NCBI GenBank assembly: GCA_003023275.1 | Contig: PXTX01000057.1 | Coordinates: 1-47,251, forward strand | DNA length: 47,251 nucleotides | Reading direction: 5' to 3' | Source: Bacteroidetes bacterium SW_4_67_19 | GTDB lineage: Bacteria > Bacteroidota > Rhodothermia > Rhodothermales > Salinibacteraceae | Part shown: piece by piece, positions 1-16,274 of the stretch | Layout of the letters: each line of letters opens with the position of its first letter | Numbering within the stretch: position 1 is the first letter of the stretch | Notes under the pieces: model-generated | What the model saw: the letters and a program-made list of their open reading frames with translations, nothing else | What the model was told of the DNA's origin: nothing | Database searches by the model: none | Program-made: the position numbers and the translations under genes

Positions 1-55
1 CGAGCGTTGCCGCCACGTTCCGAAGGCCAACGACCGAAGACCAAAGAACCAACAA

Positions 56-128
<73 letters not shown>

Positions 129-180
129 CCATTTTCGATGCACGTACGTTTTTTACTTTGCTTTTCGAAGCGATCGGTTT

Positions 181-375
181 ATGAGCGGTGTTGTCGCCTA
201 TCTTCAGGACGTGGCCAGCGAGATGCGCAAGGTCAACTGGCCGAGTCAGCAGGAACTGATCAACAACACGATCATCACCATCGTCGCCTCGCTGACGGTC
301 TCGTTCATCATTTTTGGGGTGGATCGGATCCTTAGTCAGGTTCTGCAGTTCGTGTATAATCTCGCTGGAGGGTGA
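181..375 (+). CDS. secE: preprotein translocase subunit SecE
   Basis: 64-aa ORF from ATG 181. Has the KVNWPS motif followed by a single TM helix ([17 protein letters not shown]). Conserved position between tRNA-Trp and nusG. Confidence 0.9.
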   Translation: MSGVVAYLQDVASEMRKVNWPSQQELINNTIITIVASLTVSFIIFGVDRILSQVLQFVYNLAGG

Positions 376-400
376 GCGAGAAGGCCACCGGCGAGGCGAG

Positions 401-440
401 ATGCTTCCCTTTTGCGCCGGATGCCTCCCTTTTGCGCCGC
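401..440. repeat. 20-bp tandem direct repeat x2 in the secE-nusG spacer
   Basis: atgcttcccttttgcgccgg (401-420) is followed directly by atgcctcccttttgcgccgc (421-440). 18 of 20 positions are identical. Confidence 0.9.
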
Positions 441-464
441 GTGCAGCTTACGGAAACGGCCGCT

Positions 465-1017
465 ATGGAAGACCCCAGCAGCGAACATTCGGACGAGTCG
501 CTCGAAGGCGAGGACCTCGGCAACGAGGTGCCCGTGAACGAGAACCTGGAGTGGTACACGCTTCGCACGTTCTCCGGTCACGAGAAGAAGGTGCGGCGCC
601 TGCTGGAGGAGGAGATCGACCGCCTGGGGCTGGAGGAGCGCATCACCGAGATCGTGATTCCGAAAGAGGAGGTTTTCGAGATGCGCGGGGGGGAGAAAAA
701 GTCGAAAGAGAAGACCCTGTATCCCGGCTACATTTTCCTTCACGCCGACCTGAACGGAGAGCTGGAGCACCACATCAGCCGCGTGTCGTCGGTGATCGGG
801 TTTCTGGGGGCGGGCGACCGCGCCGAGCCGATGCGCCAGGAGGAGGTCGACCAGATGCTCGGCAAGACCGAGGAGGCCGCCGAGGCGGAAACCAAGGCCG
901 ACATTCCCTACCAAAGCGGCGACGCGGTGACGGTGGTCGACGTTCCGTTCTCGGGCTTTCTTCGACCGCAAGACGCCGCTCGAACTCGACTACCTCCAGG
1001 TCGAAGAAGAAGAATAG
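465..1017 (+). pseudogene. nusG: transcription termination/antitermination factor NusG, disrupted inside the KOW domain
   Basis: From ATG 465 in frame 0: [34 protein letters not shown] (NGN domain and start of KOW). The conserved C-terminus [18 protein letters not shown]-stop (961-1017) is in frame 1. About 20 residues of KOW between GF and FDR are absent. Frame 0 instead reads on into rplK (ORF 372..1571). Confidence 0.8.
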
Positions 1018-1130
1018 CTTCGCAGTTTCGGGGTTGGGGTTTCGCGTTTCGGGGTGTTTTCCCCGAGGGCGGAACGACCAATCCGAAACCTTCACCCTGC
1101 AACCGCCACCCCGCAACCGCGCACCGCGCA

Positions 1131-1571
1131 ATGGCCAAGGAAGTAGACGCCGAGATTAAGCTTCAGATCAACGCCGGACAGGCCAATCCCGCCCCGCCGA
1201 TTGGGCCGGCGCTCGGCCAGCACGGCGTCAACATCATGGAGTTCTGCAAACGCTTCAACGCCGAGACGCAGGAGCAGAGCGGGACGCTCCTGCCGGTCGT
1301 GATCACGGTGTACGTCGATAAGTCGTTCGACTTCATCGTCAAAAGCCCCCCGGCGTCGGTGCTCCTGAAGGACGCTGCGGGCATAGAAAGCGGGGCGGGC
1401 GACCCGCTGCGCAACAAGGTTGGCGAGGTGACCTGGGACGACTGCCTCGCGATTGGGGAGCGTAAGATGGAGGACCTCAACGCGCACACGTCCGAGCAGG
1501 CCGCTTCGATGGTCGCCGGCACAGCCCGCTCGATGGGCCTGCGCGTGACGGGGCGCCCTGCCGAGGCGTAG
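1131..1571 (+). CDS. rplK: 50S ribosomal protein L11
   Basis: [54 protein letters not shown]. Full-length match to the L11 pattern, 146 aa, from ATG 1131. Confidence 0.97.
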   Translation: MAKEVDAEIKLQINAGQANPAPPIGPALGQHGVNIMEFCKRFNAETQEQSGTLLPVVITVYVDKSFDFIVKSPPASVLLKDAAGIESGAGDPLRNKVGEVTWDDCLAIGERKMEDLNAHTSEQAASMVAGTARSMGLRVTGRPAEA

Positions 1572-1676
1572 CGTCGCCGCGGGGCGGCTCCGCTGTCGAA
1601 TGTTAGAACGTTCGAGGTTGAAGGTTCTCCATTCTCCGACCAGCGAACCCGAAACCCAAAACCCGAAACCCAAACC

Positions 1677-2390
1677 ATGCCAAAAGCAGCAGGAAAACGA
1701 TACCGCGACGCGCGCGAGATCATCGAAGAGGCCAGCGGCCCCTTCGCGCTCGCCGAGGCGGTCGACCTCGTCAAAGAGTGCGCCACGGCCAACTTCGACG
1801 AGTCCGTCGATCTGGACTTGCGTCTGGGCGTCGACCCGCGCCACGCCGACCAGATGGTGCGCGGCTCCGTCGCGCTGCCGCACGGCACGGGGCGCGACGT
1901 GACCGTGCTGGTGCTCACCGGCGAGGGGCGCGTGGCCGAGGCCGAGGAAGCGGGCGCCGACTACGCTGGGCTCGACGAGTACATCGAGCGCATCGAAGAG
2001 GAGGGATGGTTCGACTTCGACGTGGCTATCGCCACGCCCGACGTGATGGGCCAGGTGGGTCGCCTGGGGCGCCACCTGGGGCCGCGCGGCCTTATGCCCA
2101 ATCCCAAAAGCGGGACGGTCACCGACGACCTCGCCGAGACCATCGATGAGGTCAAGAGCGGCAAAATCGAATTTCGCGTCGACAAGGCCGGCAACCTGCA
2201 CACGACCATCGGCAAGGCCTCCTTTTCCGAAGAGGAGCTTCGGGAGAACGCGCGCACCCTCCTGAGCGAAGTGGTGCGCCTGCGTCCGGCCTCCGCGAAG
2301 GGCCTCTACGTGCGCTCCGTCACGCTCTCCTCGACGATGGGGCCTCCCGTGCCCGTCGACCGCTCGGCGGCGGTGGCCGAGGCGCGGTAG
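1677..2390 (+). CDS. rplA: 50S ribosomal protein L1
   Basis: 237 aa. Contains [13 protein letters not shown] and [16 protein letters not shown], both typical of L1. Gene order rplK-rplA. Confidence 0.97.
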   Translation: MPKAAGKRYRDAREIIEEASGPFALAEAVDLVKECATANFDESVDLDLRLGVDPRHADQMVRGSVALPHGTGRDVTVLVLTGEGRVAEAEEAGADYAGLDEYIERIEEEGWFDFDVAIATPDVMGQVGRLGRHLGPRGLMPNPKSGTVTDDLAETIDEVKSGKIEFRVDKAGNLHTTIGKASFSEEELRENARTLLSEVVRLRPASAKGLYVRSVTLSSTMGPPVPVDRSAAVAEAR

Positions 2391-2416
2391 CGCCTCTCGG
2401 AGTTACGGTGCGGGGG

Positions 2417-2484
2417 GTTACGGTGTTATGGTTCCTCGCCGAGCACCCGCGCCAGTAGCATGAGAAGCACTATAACACGTTAAC
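2417..2484. repeat. imperfect inverted repeat (hairpin) in the rplA-rplJ spacer
   Basis: gttacggtgttatgg (2417-2431) against ctataacacgttaac (2470-2484). 12 of 15 positions are complementary. The G/T-rich arm is first and the C/A-rich arm second, ending about 20 nt before the rplJ ATG. Confidence 0.7.
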
Positions 2485-2505
2485 ACCACAACACTATACC
2501 ACCTC

Positions 2506-3063
2506 ATGGCTCTTACACGAGCGGAAAAAGCCGACATCATCGACGAGATCAGCGAGAAGCTGGAGGAGGCGCCGACGATCTACCTGACCAACGCCAAGGG
2601 GCTGACCGTCGCCGAGTCGAACGACTTGCGCGGACGCTTCTTCGAGTCGGACGTCGAGTTCTCCTTCGTCAAAAACACCCTCGCGCGCATCGCGATGGAG
2701 CGTGCGGGGGACGACGATTTCGATGATCTGAAGGAGCACCTGACGGGGCCGACGGCCATCGCCTTCAGCGAGTCGCCCAATGCGCCGGCCCGCGCGATTC
2801 AGGACTTTCACGAGGAGCACGACACGGGGGACGAGGAAGAAGACGAACCGCTGCGCCCCACGCTCAAAGCCGCCTACGTCGACGGCGACCTCTACGGCGC
2901 CGACGCCCTCGACGTGCTGGCGGATCTCAAATCGCGCGAAGAACTGATCGGCGAGATTCTGACGCTGCTCCAGTCGCCGGCCAAAAACGTCGTCGGCGCG
3001 CTTACTGCGCAGGGCGACCAGCTCGCCGGCATCGCGCAGGCCCTTGCCGAACGCGAAGAATAA
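2506..3063 (+). CDS. rplJ: 50S ribosomal protein L10
   Basis: 185 aa with an L10-like N-terminus (MALTRAEKADIIDEI..) and an acidic insertion. Sits between rplA and rplL. Confidence 0.93.
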   Translation: MALTRAEKADIIDEISEKLEEAPTIYLTNAKGLTVAESNDLRGRFFESDVEFSFVKNTLARIAMERAGDDDFDDLKEHLTGPTAIAFSESPNAPARAIQDFHEEHDTGDEEEDEPLRPTLKAAYVDGDLYGADALDVLADLKSREELIGEILTLLQSPAKNVVGALTAQGDQLAGIAQALAEREE

Positions 3064-3064
3064 C

Positions 3065-3135
3065 GTTGGTTTAAGGTTTAAGGTTGAAGGGAGAACGTTC
3101 CTCTTCCTTAAACCAACAACTTCCCCCCTTCAACC
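3065..3135. repeat. two interleaved complementary word pairs in the rplJ-rplL spacer
   Basis: L1 gttggtttaagg (3065-3076) is complementary to R1 ccttaaaccaac (3106-3117). L2 ggttgaaggg (3082-3091) is complementary to R2 cccttcaacc (3126-3135). The order L1-L2-R1-R2 means the pairings cross. A GAACGTTC palindrome (3093-3100) lies between them. Confidence 0.75.
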
Positions 3136-3225
3136 TGTTCACTCTCGACTTTTCCAACCAACCATCCTTAATACGCAGCGCAGTCCGCCGATGAGCGGGC
3201 GTAGACCGTTGCAGGAAACCAACCT

Positions 3226-3609
3226 ATGGCAGACGTACAAGAACTCGCAGAGCAGCTCGTGGACCTTTCGATCAAGGAGGCCAGCGAGCTGGCGGACCAC
3301 CTCAAAGAAGAATACGGCATCGAGCCGGCCTCCACAGCTGTCGCGGCCGCTCCCGGCGCAGCCGGCGGCAACGGCGAAGCCGACGAGGAAGAAGAGCAGA
3401 CCGCCTTCGACGTGGTCCTCACCGGCGTTGGCGGCAACAAAATTCAGGTCATCAAGGAGGTGCGCTCGCTGACCAACCTGGGCCTGAAAGAAGCCAAGAG
3501 CCTGGTCGACGAGGCGCCGTCGCCCATTCAGGAAAGCGTGCCGAAGGAAGAGGCCGACGAGATGCAGGCCGCCCTCGAAGAAGCCGGCGGTGAAATCGAG
3601 CTTCAGTAG
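3226..3609 (+). CDS. rplL: 50S ribosomal protein L7/L12
   Basis: 127 aa: N-terminal dimerisation helix, Ala/Gly/Glu hinge, and C-terminal KIQVIKEVRSLTNLGLKEAKSLVD. Confidence 0.97.
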   Translation: MADVQELAEQLVDLSIKEASELADHLKEEYGIEPASTAVAAAPGAAGGNGEADEEEEQTAFDVVLTGVGGNKIQVIKEVRSLTNLGLKEAKSLVDEAPSPIQESVPKEEADEMQAALEEAGGEIELQ

Positions 3610-3661
3610 AGCGTGATGCGTGATTTGGCCAGGCCGAAGCGTTTGAAGAGCCTCTACTGGC

Positions 3662-3695
3662 AACGCGACTCGGCACGTAACGCGACTCGGCACGT
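3662..3695. repeat. 17-bp perfect tandem repeat x2 in the rplL-rpoB spacer
   Basis: aacgcgactcggcacgt (3662-3678) is repeated exactly at 3679-3695. Confidence 0.9.
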
Positions 3696-4130
3696 ATTGG
3701 CTGCTCGAACTCTTTTTCATCGTTTGTAGAGAGCCGTCTCGCGCATCACCAAAACGCACTACGAAAACGCATCACGAAAGCCGGCTTACGGTCGCTCCTG
3801 CTGGTTTGCCAGTGGGACGCCGGGGCCGGCTTTCGGCGGCTACGCGCCCGCTCTTTCGTTCTGTACGGAGGCGAATTATTCGAGAAGAATAGCTGCCGAA
3901 ACAAGCGGCGAGCGGCCTCGTTAATCAAATGCTTTACGCCGCGCCGTTCTTTGTCACGCCGGCGGGGCGCTCGCCTTGCGCCGGCGGCAACCGAAACGGC
4001 TCGGTCTGTGCTCTCGCAACAGCCTCCCTTCTGAAGTCCGAAGCGGACCGCGGCTGCGCGCCTTCCGCTTTCGATTTCGCCCTGCGCTCGCGCTCGTCCT
4101 CTCGCACTCCTTCTGGCACGTTCTCCGTCT

Positions 4131-8058
<3,928 letters not shown>

Positions 8059-8060
<2 letters not shown>

Positions 8061-8242
8061 TGTTTTGGTGTTGGCGTGTTGTAGTGCGCTTTTCGCCTCG
8101 AAGACGGTGCTTCCTGCGAAAGCGGGCGCCCGTTTCGGAGGCCGTGCCGCTCGACTCCGATCCTGCCAGCGCAACCGTTTCCCAAAGCGCATCTCGACTG
8201 CCCGAGCAGCCTCCTACCGCACCACTCCAACACCAAAACGCC
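8059..8242. repeat. long-range inverted repeat spanning the rpoB-rpoC spacer
   Basis: gttttggtgttgg (8062-8074) is perfectly complementary to ccaacaccaaaac (8227-8239). With flanks, 17 of 19 positions match. The left arm starts at the rpoB stop codon. Confidence 0.8.
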
Positions 8243-8280
8243 ACACCACCACAACGCTAAAACGCGACCCCCGCTAACCT

Positions 8281-8304
8281 TGCTCCTTCCGCCTCGAAGG
8301 AGCA
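8281..8304 (+). promoter_or_regulatory. perfect 9-bp stem-loop 22 nt upstream of the rpoC start
   Basis: tgctccttc (8281-8289), loop cgcctc, gaaggagca (8296-8304). The string cgcctcgaag also occurs at 8093-8102. Confidence 0.6.
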
Positions 8305-8326
8305 GCAACCTCAAGCCCGAAACCAC

Positions 8327-12751
<4,425 letters not shown>

Positions 12752-12800
12752 CCCTTCCCTGCGCGGCGGTCGGTGCGCGGCGCTGACGTGACCCATGCGA

Positions 12801-12844
12801 AAAGCCCCGGTTCGCCCGCAGCAGTGTGCGGCGGCCGGGGCTTT
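12801..12844. terminator. stem-loop between convergent rpoC and the 12950..13423 gene
   Basis: aaagccccgg (12801-12810) is perfectly complementary to ccggggcttt (12835-12844), with a nested CCGCA/TGCGG pair in the loop. It is flanked by A and T runs, so it could act in both directions. Confidence 0.6.
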
Positions 12845-12949
12845 GCCATGGGTCAGTGCGTTGCTGGGGTGCAGAACGAACGGCGGCGTCGGAAGGTAGA
12901 GCGAAACGCTTTTTTTGCTTTCCGACGGCGAGAATCGGTGAGGCGTGCG

Positions 12950-13423
12950 TCAGGGCGCCGGGGCGGCCGATGTGTCCGTCGTGTCGGCGGGGGGCGGAGC
13001 GACTTGCTGCTGCTGTTGCTGTTGCGGCGGTGGCTCCGGGCGCGCCAGCGAGAGCATCAGCCACGTCCCGCCGGCGGAGACGGCCAGCGCGAACAGGATC
13101 GAGCCGATCACCAGCGCGCGCGAGGCGTTGCGGCTGAGTGGGAGCGGCCCGGAGGCGGTTTGGCCGGCACGCTGTTCGGAAGGGGGAGCATCGTCAGGCA
13201 TTGGCGTCTGCACGTTCGCTGCTACGGTCGAGAAGATCACCTTGCTTGCGGTTTCGTTCGGCATCCTTCCGCCAGATAAAATGCCTTGCTGTTCGCGTGG
13301 GTCCTTGCGGGTCCCGTCGGAGACGTACCGCTCGGGGTGGGCCAGCTTGTGTTCGTGCTCGGCTACGTTTTCTTGGAAGCTTTCGAGCGCCTTTCGGATC
13401 TGGTCGATGCGACCGCCAGCCAA
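12950..13423 (-). CDS. hypothetical tail-anchored membrane protein with a poly-Gln/Pro-rich C-terminus
   Basis: 157-aa ORF with an apparent TTG start and coding-like codon use. Soluble N-terminal part (RIDQIRKALESFQENVAEHEHKLAHPERY), one TM helix (ALVIGSILFALAVSAGGTWLMLSLA), then PEPPPQQQQQQQVAPPP. No family recognised. Confidence 0.55.
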   Translation of the reverse strand: MAGGRIDQIRKALESFQENVAEHEHKLAHPERYVSDGTRKDPREQQGILSGGRMPNETASKVIFSTVAANVQTPMPDDAPPSEQRAGQTASGPLPLSRNASRALVIGSILFALAVSAGGTWLMLSLARPEPPPQQQQQQQVAPPPADTTDTSAAPAP

Positions 13424-13476
13424 TGAGATGCTCTTGACACGTTCTTGAAACTTTCGCGCGCGGCTTCTGTTGAGAT

Positions 13477-13498
13477 GGGGCTAAAAAACGAAAGCCCC
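13477..13498. promoter_or_regulatory. 6-bp inverted repeat directly upstream of the TetR start (candidate operator or hairpin)
   Basis: ggggct (13477-13482), 10 nt, agcccc (13493-13498). It ends 7 nt before ATG 13506. A TTGACA hexamer lies at about 13431-13436 in the same divergent spacer. Confidence 0.35.
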
Positions 13499-13505
13499 CA
13501 CCCGC

Positions 13506-14138
13506 ATGAACAACGACGCGCCCGCCCTCGACGACAGCGACTGCCTCGACGACGCCTCCACCGGGGACGACGACCTGCGCCGGCGTATCCTCGACGGGGC
13601 GCGCCACCTGCTCGTGCGCGGCGGCTACCAGAATCTCTCGATGCGCCGTCTCGCGCGGGCCATCGGGTACAGCGCGACGAGCATTTACCTGCACTTCGAG
13701 AGCAAGGACGACCTCTTCCACGCGCTCATCGACGAGGGGATGGAGCGGCTCCACACTCGTCTCCGCGAGGCGGTCGAGGACGAAGAAGCCCCTGACGCGC
13801 AACTGGAGGCGCTCTGCCGCGCCTTCGCCCGCTTTGGGCTGGACAATCCCGAATACTACGAGGTCATGTTTCTGCTGCGTCCAGAGACGATGGAGCGCTA
13901 CCCGCCGGAGAATTACCGTCGCGCGCGCCGCAACCTTGACCTCGTGCAGGAGCTGTTGCGAAAGGGAGCCGAGCGCGACCAGTTCGTCATCACGGATCCG
14001 CTGGAGGCCGCCAGCGCGCTCTGGGCCTCGCTTCACGGCACCGTGTCGCTACTTTTGGCGCGCCGCGTGGACGCCCAGGCGTCGGTGCGGCAGGCGATTC
14101 GGGGCGTGGCGGCGCGGGGTGACGCGCATGATGCGTGA
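13506..14138 (+). CDS. TetR/AcrR family transcriptional regulator
   Basis: 210 aa. N-terminal HTH region RRRILDGARHLLVRGGYQNLSMRRLARAIGYSATSIYLHFESKDDL is typical of TetR_N. Confidence 0.9.
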   Translation: MNNDAPALDDSDCLDDASTGDDDLRRRILDGARHLLVRGGYQNLSMRRLARAIGYSATSIYLHFESKDDLFHALIDEGMERLHTRLREAVEDEEAPDAQLEALCRAFARFGLDNPEYYEVMFLLRPETMERYPPENYRRARRNLDLVQELLRKGAERDQFVITDPLEAASALWASLHGTVSLLLARRVDAQASVRQAIRGVAARGDAHDA

Positions 14139-14279
14139 CGCGTGATTCGTGATGACAGCAGTTTCCGCCGTCTGCGCTTCGATTCTACCGGCGAAACCCA
14201 TTCGGAAAGCACTGACTGCCTGAACGCTCGCTTCGACGTTCGTAAACCAGCAACCTCACGAATCACGCATTACGCATCA
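14129..14279. repeat. 25-26-bp inverted repeat of the GTGATGCGT family bracketing the TetR to acyl-CoA synthetase spacer
   Basis: tgatgcgtgacgcgtgattcgtgatg (14129-14154, includes the TetR stop codon) against ctcacgaatcacgcattacgcatca (14255-14279). 22 of 25 positions are complementary, with a spacer of about 100 nt. The right arm ends 12 nt before ATG 14292. Confidence 0.85.
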
Positions 14280-14291
14280 CTCACTCCACCC

Positions 14292-16241
14292 ATGCAAGTC
14301 AAGCAATCCGGCGAAAGCCAAGTCCACACCGCCCCAGCCGGTACTGAGGGCGAAGAGATTCGCGGCAAGACGCTGCTGGACGTGCTCTACGAGTCGTTCG
14401 AGGAATACGACAACCCGCGCGCGTTCAACCAGCCGACCGCCGGCCACGGCAGCGACGGGGAAGAGGAACTCGAATGGCGCGCGTATTCTTCAAATGAATT
14501 TCGCCGGCAGGCCGAGGAGGCGGCGCTGGGGCTGCTGGATCTGGGGCTGGAGCGCGGCGCGCGCGTCGGTCTCTTCCTGAAGAGCGACGTCTACTTCTGC
14601 CTCGCCGACGCCGCCTGCCTGATCAGCGGCATGGTGGACGTGCCCGTCTACCTCACCCACCAGCCCAGGCAAGTCTCCTACGTCCTCGACCACGCCGAGA
14701 CGGAGGCGCTCTTCGTCGCAAGCCCCGAGCATCTCGAACAGGTGGCGCCGCTGCTGGACGAACTGGAGCGCATCGAGACCGTCATCCTCGCGCAGGGCGC
14801 CCCGAGCGAAGCGGACGCCGAGCTGCCGGAGCGTGTAGACGCGCTGACCTTCGAGGCGCTCCACGAGCGGGGCCGCGAGCGGCAGAAGGAGGCGGGCGGC
14901 GAGGACATTGCGTCGCTGCGGGAAAAGGTGGACCCCGACGACCTGGCGACGCTCATCTACACCAGCGGCACGACCGGGCAGCCGAAGGGGGTGATGCTCA
15001 CGCACGAAAACATCGCCTCCAACGCGCTCACGTCGCTGTCGTGCTTCACGGGCTACGAGGCCGGCGCGGGGGCCGAGGTGGCGCTCTCCTTTCTGCCGCT
15101 GACGCACATCTACGCCCGCACGCTCGACTACTACGGCTACCTCTCGAAGGGCACGAGCATCTACTTCTGCGACCCCGACGACCTCTCCGGGGCGCTTCGG
15201 GCCGTGCGCCCGACGGTCTTCAATACCGTGCCGCGTCTGCTCGAGAAGGTCTACGGCAGCATCGAGGAGAAAACCAAAAGTGCCGAGGGGCTTCAGAAAA
15301 TGATCGGGACGTGGGCGCTCCGGTTGGCGAAGCAGTATCGGATCGGGGAGGAGCCGCCCGTGGCGTGGCGCGTGCAGCAGTTCGTGGCTGACGCGCTGGT
15401 GTACAGGCAGTGGCGCCAGGCGCTGGGCGGGCGGCTCAAGTACGCCACCGTCGGCGGGGCCGCGCTCAACCCCGATCTGGCCAATACCTTCGCCGCCGCC
15501 GGCATCCGGCTCGTGCAGGGCTACGGCCTCACCGAGACCAGCCCCGTCATTAGCTTCAACCGGCCCGACCGTAACCGCGCCGGCACCGTCGGTGAGCCGC
15601 TGCCGGGCGTGGAGGTCAAAATTGCCGAGGACGGCGAGATCCTCACGCGCGGCCCCCACGTGATGAAAGGCTACTACAAAGATGACGAAGAGACGCGCAC
15701 GTCCTTCACCGAGGACGGCTTCTTTCGCACCGGCGACGTGGGCGAGATGGACGGCACGCACCTGAAGATCACCGACCGCAAGAAGGCGCTCTTCAAGCTC
15801 TCGACGGGCAAGTACGTCGTGCCCTCGCCGCTGGAAAACCGCTTGGCGACCTCGAACCTGGTGGAGCAGACGGTGGTGGTGGGGAGCGGGCACAAGTACT
15901 GCGCTGCGCTTATTTTCCCGAGTGAAGAAGCCGTGCGCTCGTTTGCGGAACAGCAGGGCGTCGGCGGCGGGCAGCCCTTCCGCGACTTGATCCAGGAGCA
16001 GGCGGTGATCGACGAGTTCCAGCGTCTCGTCGACGAGGCCAACACCGGGATGGATCCCTGGTCGCAGATCAAGCGCTTCACGCTCGTGCCTGAGGAGATC
16101 AGCGTCGAGAACGGGCTGCTCACGCCGTCGATGAAGGTGAGGCGCTCGCGGGTGGAGCAGACCTACGATGGCGAGATCGACCGCCTCTACGAAATGAGCG
16201 AGGCAGAGCAGGAAGAGGGCGAGCGCGTGCGAGTGTCGTAA
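14292..16241 (+). CDS. AMP-dependent synthetase/ligase (long-chain fatty acid-CoA ligase-like)
   Basis: Contains the AMP-binding motifs TLIYTSGTTGQPKGVMLTHENI, GYGLTETSPV and TGDVGEMDGTHLKITDRKKALFKLSTGKYV. ATG 14292 was chosen because the upstream part of the ORF lies over the inverted repeat. Confidence 0.9.
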   Translation: MQVKQSGESQVHTAPAGTEGEEIRGKTLLDVLYESFEEYDNPRAFNQPTAGHGSDGEEELEWRAYSSNEFRRQAEEAALGLLDLGLERGARVGLFLKSDVYFCLADAACLISGMVDVPVYLTHQPRQVSYVLDHAETEALFVASPEHLEQVAPLLDELERIETVILAQGAPSEADAELPERVDALTFEALHERGRERQKEAGGEDIASLREKVDPDDLATLIYTSGTTGQPKGVMLTHENIASNALTSLSCFTGYEAGAGAEVALSFLPLTHIYARTLDYYGYLSKGTSIYFCDPDDLSGALRAVRPTVFNTVPRLLEKVYGSIEEKTKSAEGLQKMIGTWALRLAKQYRIGEEPPVAWRVQQFVADALVYRQWRQALGGRLKYATVGGAALNPDLANTFAAAGIRLVQGYGLTETSPVISFNRPDRNRAGTVGEPLPGVEVKIAEDGEILTRGPHVMKGYYKDDEETRTSFTEDGFFRTGDVGEMDGTHLKITDRKKALFKLSTGKYVVPSPLENRLATSNLVEQTVVVGSGHKYCAALIFPSEEAVRSFAEQQGVGGGQPFRDLIQEQAVIDEFQRLVDEANTGMDPWSQIKRFTLVPEEISVENGLLTPSMKVRRSRVEQTYDGEIDRLYEMSEAEQEEGERVRVS

Positions 16242-16274
16242 GCGGCGTTGAAAACGGGCGTCCCGTCCCGTAGA

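Noticed and set aside
372-1571. The single 399-aa ORF, read as a genuine NusG-L11 fusion protein starting at GTG 372.
   Set aside because: The N-terminal 31 codons translate the 20-bp tandem repeat, and the 58-codon linker translates the spacer hairpin region. The authentic NusG C-terminus is present in another frame with its own stop at 1015-1017. A frameshifting deletion in nusG plus a separate rplK (ATG 1131) is more parsimonious.
1018-2505. Interpreting the rplK and rplJ leader hairpins simply as the known L1- and L10-binding autoregulatory leaders.
   Set aside because: This is not excluded for these two spacers. However, the same G/T-arm and C/A-arm design occurs before unrelated genes (xylB, the acyl-CoA synthetase, the RND pump, the response regulator), so r-protein autoregulation cannot explain the pattern as a whole. 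I could not recognise the published leader motifs by eye.
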